A DNA stretch of 64,000 nt, taken from an uncultured Planctomycetota bacterium. GTDB lineage: Bacteria; Planctomycetota; Planctomycetia; Isosphaerales; Isosphaeraceae. Below, one piece after another: positions 60,484 through 64,000 of this stretch (position 1 is its first letter; each line of letters opens with the position of its first letter). Both the position numbers and the translations under genes were made by a program. The stretch is taken from NCBI GenBank assembly GCA_963737655.1, contig CAVTTN010000002.1:6048001-6112000 (forward strand). The letters run 5' to 3'. The notes under the pieces were generated by a model. That model was not told the origin of the DNA and made no database searches. It saw only the letters and a program-made list of their open reading frames with translations.

Positions 60484-61379
60484 ATGGGCGAGGAGGCGAA
60501 GAAGAGGGGACGGCTGGCGATCGGCCTGAGGGGGCTGATGGTGCGGATCCTGGCCCTCGGCCTTCTCCTGGGCTGGCAAGCCAGGAAGGCGGATGACCAG
60601 CGGAAGGCCGTTCGGGCCCTCAAAGAGGCGAATGGGTCCTACCATTACGACTGGGAGTTCGTCGGCGGGAAGTACGCGAAGGGCCGGAAGCCGCCGGGGC
60701 CCGATTGGCTTCGCGGCCTCGTGGGCGACGAATATTTCCAGGAAGTGACCTGGGTCAACCTCTGCGACTCGCGCCCTCCCGGCGAGGAGGTCGAGGCCGG
60801 CCGGGCGCTCGACCGCCTGCCCGCGCAGCTCGGTTCGCTGGGCCGACTCCGAGAACTCCACCTCAGCGGGCGCCAGTTGCACGACGACAACATGGCCCGG
60901 GTCCGGGGCCTGCCGGCCCTCGAGACGCTCACCGTCGTGGGCGCCGAGAACCTGAGCGACGCCGGGGTCGCCCACCTCCGGAACATCGGCCATCTGACCC
61001 GGATCGAGATCAACGACTGCAAGCTCACGGATGAGAGCCTCGACTCCCTGGCCGACGTCCCTTCCCTGGAGGAGCTCGACCTCCGGGGCAATCGAATCAC
61101 GGACGCCCGGCTGGGCCATCTCTCGCACTCCCTCGCCTGAGACGCCTCCGCCTGGGCCTTGGGCGGAACGAGATCACCGACCGCGGGATGGAATCCCTCC
61201 GGGGGATCAAGAGCCTGGAGGTGGTGGACCTAGTGTTCACGAAGGTCGGCGACGCCGGGCTGAGGGAGCTGGAGGGCCTCCCCAATCTCAAGGAGGTCTC
61301 GACCGGCGGGAGTCGGGTCACGCCGGAGGGGGTCCGGCGATTCCAGCTCAACAGGCCGGATGTCCAAGTCAGGCCGTGA
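60484..61379 (+). CDS. Membrane-anchored leucine-rich repeat protein; apparent frameshift near 61130
   Basis: LRELHLSG, LEELDLRGNRITDA, and in the next frame LRRLRLG...ITDRGMESL...VGDAGLRELEGLPNL...VTPEGV. Confidence 0.85.
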
Positions 61380-61639
61380 CCCGTCGAGGACCGGGTCCGG
61401 CGTCGAGAGGCATGCTTGCGAGGACGTGAGCATGCCTCCCGGCCCGGGGGGAAATCGTGGGCGCGGGCCACTCTTCGGACACTCCGGATGGCCCCTTGCT
61501 TTGGACCTCGGGACGGTGCAGACTGACGGCGGCCTGGGTCTTCCCTCGCCCCGTTCGTGCGGATGGCGTCGGCCTCTCCAGAGATCGCCCGGTTCGGACT
61601 CGGGGTTGCGGACCCGCGCGCGGACCTCCGGCGGAAAGG

Positions 61640-63346
61640 ATGTGGATCGTGGCGAAACCGCCCTCCCCGGCGGCGTCCGTGCGGCTTTCCCTCGCCTTGG
61701 TCGCGGGATGGCTGGGGTCGTGCGCGTCGGCCGAGGAGCCGAAGCACCTCGACCTCTCGCTCCTGATCGCCCCGAATTATCCCAGCGGCTGGCCGACGTG
61801 GCCCCGGTTCCAGATGACTCCCGAAGGGCGGATCGGCCCCCTCGGCGCCTTCCATACCGAGGCCCTGGTCATCGACGGCAACACCGGGACGCAGCTGGAT
61901 GTGCCGACCCATTCCGTCACGCCCCCCGATTCCGGGCTGCCCAACGCCGGGCCCGCCGGCCTGATCTCGACCGAGAAAGTCCCCGCCTGGCAGTTCGGCG
62001 GCGAAGCCTGCGTGATCGACTGCACCGACCTCCTCGACGCCGCCCCCCCGGGCCGGAGTCCCCTGGTCAAGAAAGAGCGAATCCTCGCCTGGGAGAAGGC
62101 CCATCGCCCGCTCGGGCCGGGAGACGTGGTCCTGTTCCGCAGCGGGTTCAGCGACAAGTATTATCGCCCCTTGCCCGAAGGCCGTCGCTTCGCCGCCGAC
62201 CCGGTCGAGGGCAAGGCCCCCGCCTGGCCCGACCCCGATCCCGACTGCATGGAGTACCTCGCCTCTCGCGGGGTGATGACGCTCGGGACCGACAGCACGA
62301 GCATGGGCCCCCTGCCCGACCTCGCCGAGCCGACCCACTTCGCCGGGCTGAAGCACGGGATGATCTGGACCGAGAGCCTGACCGGCCTGGCCCCCCTGCC
62401 CGCCACCGGCGCCTTCTACGCGATGCTCGCGCCGAAGCACCTCGGCGGCGCCTTCAGCGAAGGGCGGGCCATCGCCATCGTCGGCGACCCCCTGGCGTCT
62501 CGCCTGATCGAATCGGCCCGCAAGAAGCGAGCGGCCGACCTCTCGGTCACCCTGTCCGACATCCTGCCCGTCACCTCGCCCGGCCGAGGGGTCGGCGATC
62601 ATCGCCAGCCTTATATTCGCATTCGGTTCGGCGACAATCCGAACACGAAGACCACGTATGATACCCACTGGATGGACAGCCATTGCGGGACGCACCTCGT
62701 CCCGCCGTCGTTCGCCCTGCCGCCCCCGGGGTTCGACGTCTCGACCTATCCGGAGGAGGTCCGGGCGTGGCTCGGCGAGTTCTCGAAGCGGTTCGGCCCT
62801 CCCGGGACGAGCGACGTGACGACCGAAAAGGTGCCGATCTCGCAGACATGCGGCGAGGCGAGGGTGATCGACGTCTCCGGCCTGCTCGGGGCCACCGATC
62901 GCCGCGCATGGCCGGCGTCTCCCGAGGTCACCGAGTCGCAAATCCGGGCGTTCGAGGCCAAGGACGGCGAATTGAAGCCGGGGGACGTCGTCCTCTTCCG
63001 CTCGGGCTGGAACGACCGCCATTGCCGCCCCGGTCCCGAGGGCAAGGCCTGTTTGGATGACCCCCTGAACGGCAAGGCCGAGGGCTGGCCGGCGCCCGGC
63101 CCCGAGGCGATCGCCTACCTCGCGAAGAAGGGCGTGAAGTGCGTCGGCACCGACGCGCCGGACCTCGGCGGGGTCGGGCCGAAGCGGGCGTTGATGACCT
63201 ACTGGATGCTCGGTGCCCGGGGGATGGTCGGGGTCGAGTCGCTGACGAACCTCCAGGCGATGCCCGACCATGCCTATTTCCTGTTCGCGGCGGTGAAGAT
63301 CGCCGGATGCCACGGCGGCCCGGGTCGTGCGATCGCCCTTTGGTGA
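61640..63346 (+). CDS. Exported tandem-domain cyclase (kynurenine formamidase-like) family protein
   Basis: Two cyclase repeats (GDVVLFRSG, LGTD/VGTD, ESLT) and an N-terminal signal-like segment; start 61640 or 61649. Confidence 0.88.
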   Translation: MWIVAKPPSPAASVRLSLALVAGWLGSCASAEEPKHLDLSLLIAPNYPSGWPTWPRFQMTPEGRIGPLGAFHTEALVIDGNTGTQLDVPTHSVTPPDSGLPNAGPAGLISTEKVPAWQFGGEACVIDCTDLLDAAPPGRSPLVKKERILAWEKAHRPLGPGDVVLFRSGFSDKYYRPLPEGRRFAADPVEGKAPAWPDPDPDCMEYLASRGVMTLGTDSTSMGPLPDLAEPTHFAGLKHGMIWTESLTGLAPLPATGAFYAMLAPKHLGGAFSEGRAIAIVGDPLASRLIESARKKRAADLSVTLSDILPVTSPGRGVGDHRQPYIRIRFGDNPNTKTTYDTHWMDSHCGTHLVPPSFALPPPGFDVSTYPEEVRAWLGEFSKRFGPPGTSDVTTEKVPISQTCGEARVIDVSGLLGATDRRAWPASPEVTESQIRAFEAKDGELKPGDVVLFRSGWNDRHCRPGPEGKACLDDPLNGKAEGWPAPGPEAIAYLAKKGVKCVGTDAPDLGGVGPKRALMTYWMLGARGMVGVESLTNLQAMPDHAYFLFAAVKIAGCHGGPGRAIALW

Positions 63347-63387
63347 TCGCCCCGGGCCCGGCCCTACCGACCGAGAGAGGACGGACG

Positions 63388-64000
63388 ATGTCCCACCCCT
63401 ATGCGCCTCCCGGGGCCGGGCCCGAGGTCTCTCCCGAGCGCATCCGGCGGAAGGTCGCGCGGCGCATCCTGCCGTTGATCTTCGTCCTCTACATCGTCTC
63501 GTATCTGGATCGGGTGAACGTCGGGTTCGCCAAGGAGAAGATGCAGGCGTCGCTCGGCTACTCGGAGAAGGACTTCGGCTGGGCCGCCGGGATCTTCTTC
63601 GCCGGCTATCTCCTTTTGGAAATCCCCGGGGCGTTGCTGGTCGAGCGGTGGAGCGCCCGGAAGTGGTTCACGCGGATCCTGGTGACGTGGGGCGCGTGCT
63701 CGATGGGCGTGGCGTTCGTGGGGAACAAATGGCAGTTCTCGGCGATGAGGTTCCTCCTGGGCCTGGCCGAGTCGGGGTTCTTCCCGGGGGTGATCGTCTA
63801 TTTGACCCACTGGTTCCCCCGGGCCGAGCGCGGCAAGGCGATGGCCGGGCTGGTCCTGGCGGTGCCGGTCAGCCTGGCGCTGGGGGCGCGGGTCTCGGGC
63901 TGGTTGTTGCACCAGCACTGGCTCGGGCTGGAGGGCTGGCAGTGGGTCTTCCTCGGCGAGGGGCTGCCGGCGGTGGCCCTGGGCGTGGCCCTCCCCTGGC
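63388..64000 (+). CDS. MFS transporter (anion:cation symporter family), truncated by the right window edge
   Basis: Manual translation from ATG 63388: RRILPLIFVLYIVSYLDRVNVGFA...GIFFAGYLLLEIPG...RFLLGLAESGFFPGVIVYLTHWFP. Confidence 0.92.
   Translation, partial: MSHPYAPPGAGPEVSPERIRRKVARRILPLIFVLYIVSYLDRVNVGFAKEKMQASLGYSEKDFGWAAGIFFAGYLLLEIPGALLVERWSARKWFTRILVTWGACSMGVAFVGNKWQFSAMRFLLGLAESGFFPGVIVYLTHWFPRAERGKAMAGLVLAVPVSLALGARVSGWLLHQHWLGLEGWQWVFLGEGLPAVALGVALPW

Noticed and set aside
1..64000. tRNA or rRNA genes
   Set aside because: No cloverleaf or rRNA-like segment recognised by eye; a covariance-model scan was not possible.

Overview
High-GC window from a Planctomycete, most likely Isosphaeraceae-like. 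This is inferred from the 'LEDR' export motif, a DUF1592/DUF1552 pair, ECF sigma-Ser/Thr kinase pairs and PEP-CTERM proteins. About 15 apparent single-base indels, several in G/C runs, break otherwise intact genes, which looks like long-read assembly error. In order, the window holds: an FGE/SUMF1 protein; a possible ADP-ribosyltransferase-fold ORF followed by two cyclic-phosphate-processing receiver-like ORFs; DinB; an unknown WWG-motif protein, an S8 protease and a stand-alone propeptide-like protein; a desaturase; a PG-binding protein; a fructan/fructose utilisation locus; an ABC-2 permease; a ~10.5 kb polymorphic toxin locus; a TPR-glycosyltransferase and DUF6165; DUF1592/DUF1552; a second desaturase; a GH94 membrane fusion and a GH144/GH189-like protein; REP-like repeats; an IS701 remnant; two PEP-CTERM genes; two ECF-kinase pairs; an LRR protein; a tandem cyclase; and an MFS transporter. 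The most striking feature is the toxin locus. A ~2,800-aa Ig-repeat/Ser-rich carrier ends in only the first ~12 residues of a Hint (intein-like) domain followed by a transmembrane helix. The rest of the Hint domain, preceded by its own transmembrane helix and followed by a PD-(D/E)xK-type toxin, lies in the next ORF. That ORF is in the same frame, behind a single TGA, with its own RBS and ATG, and an immunity-like gene follows. This reads as a membrane-tethered, possibly naturally split Hint toxin-release system.
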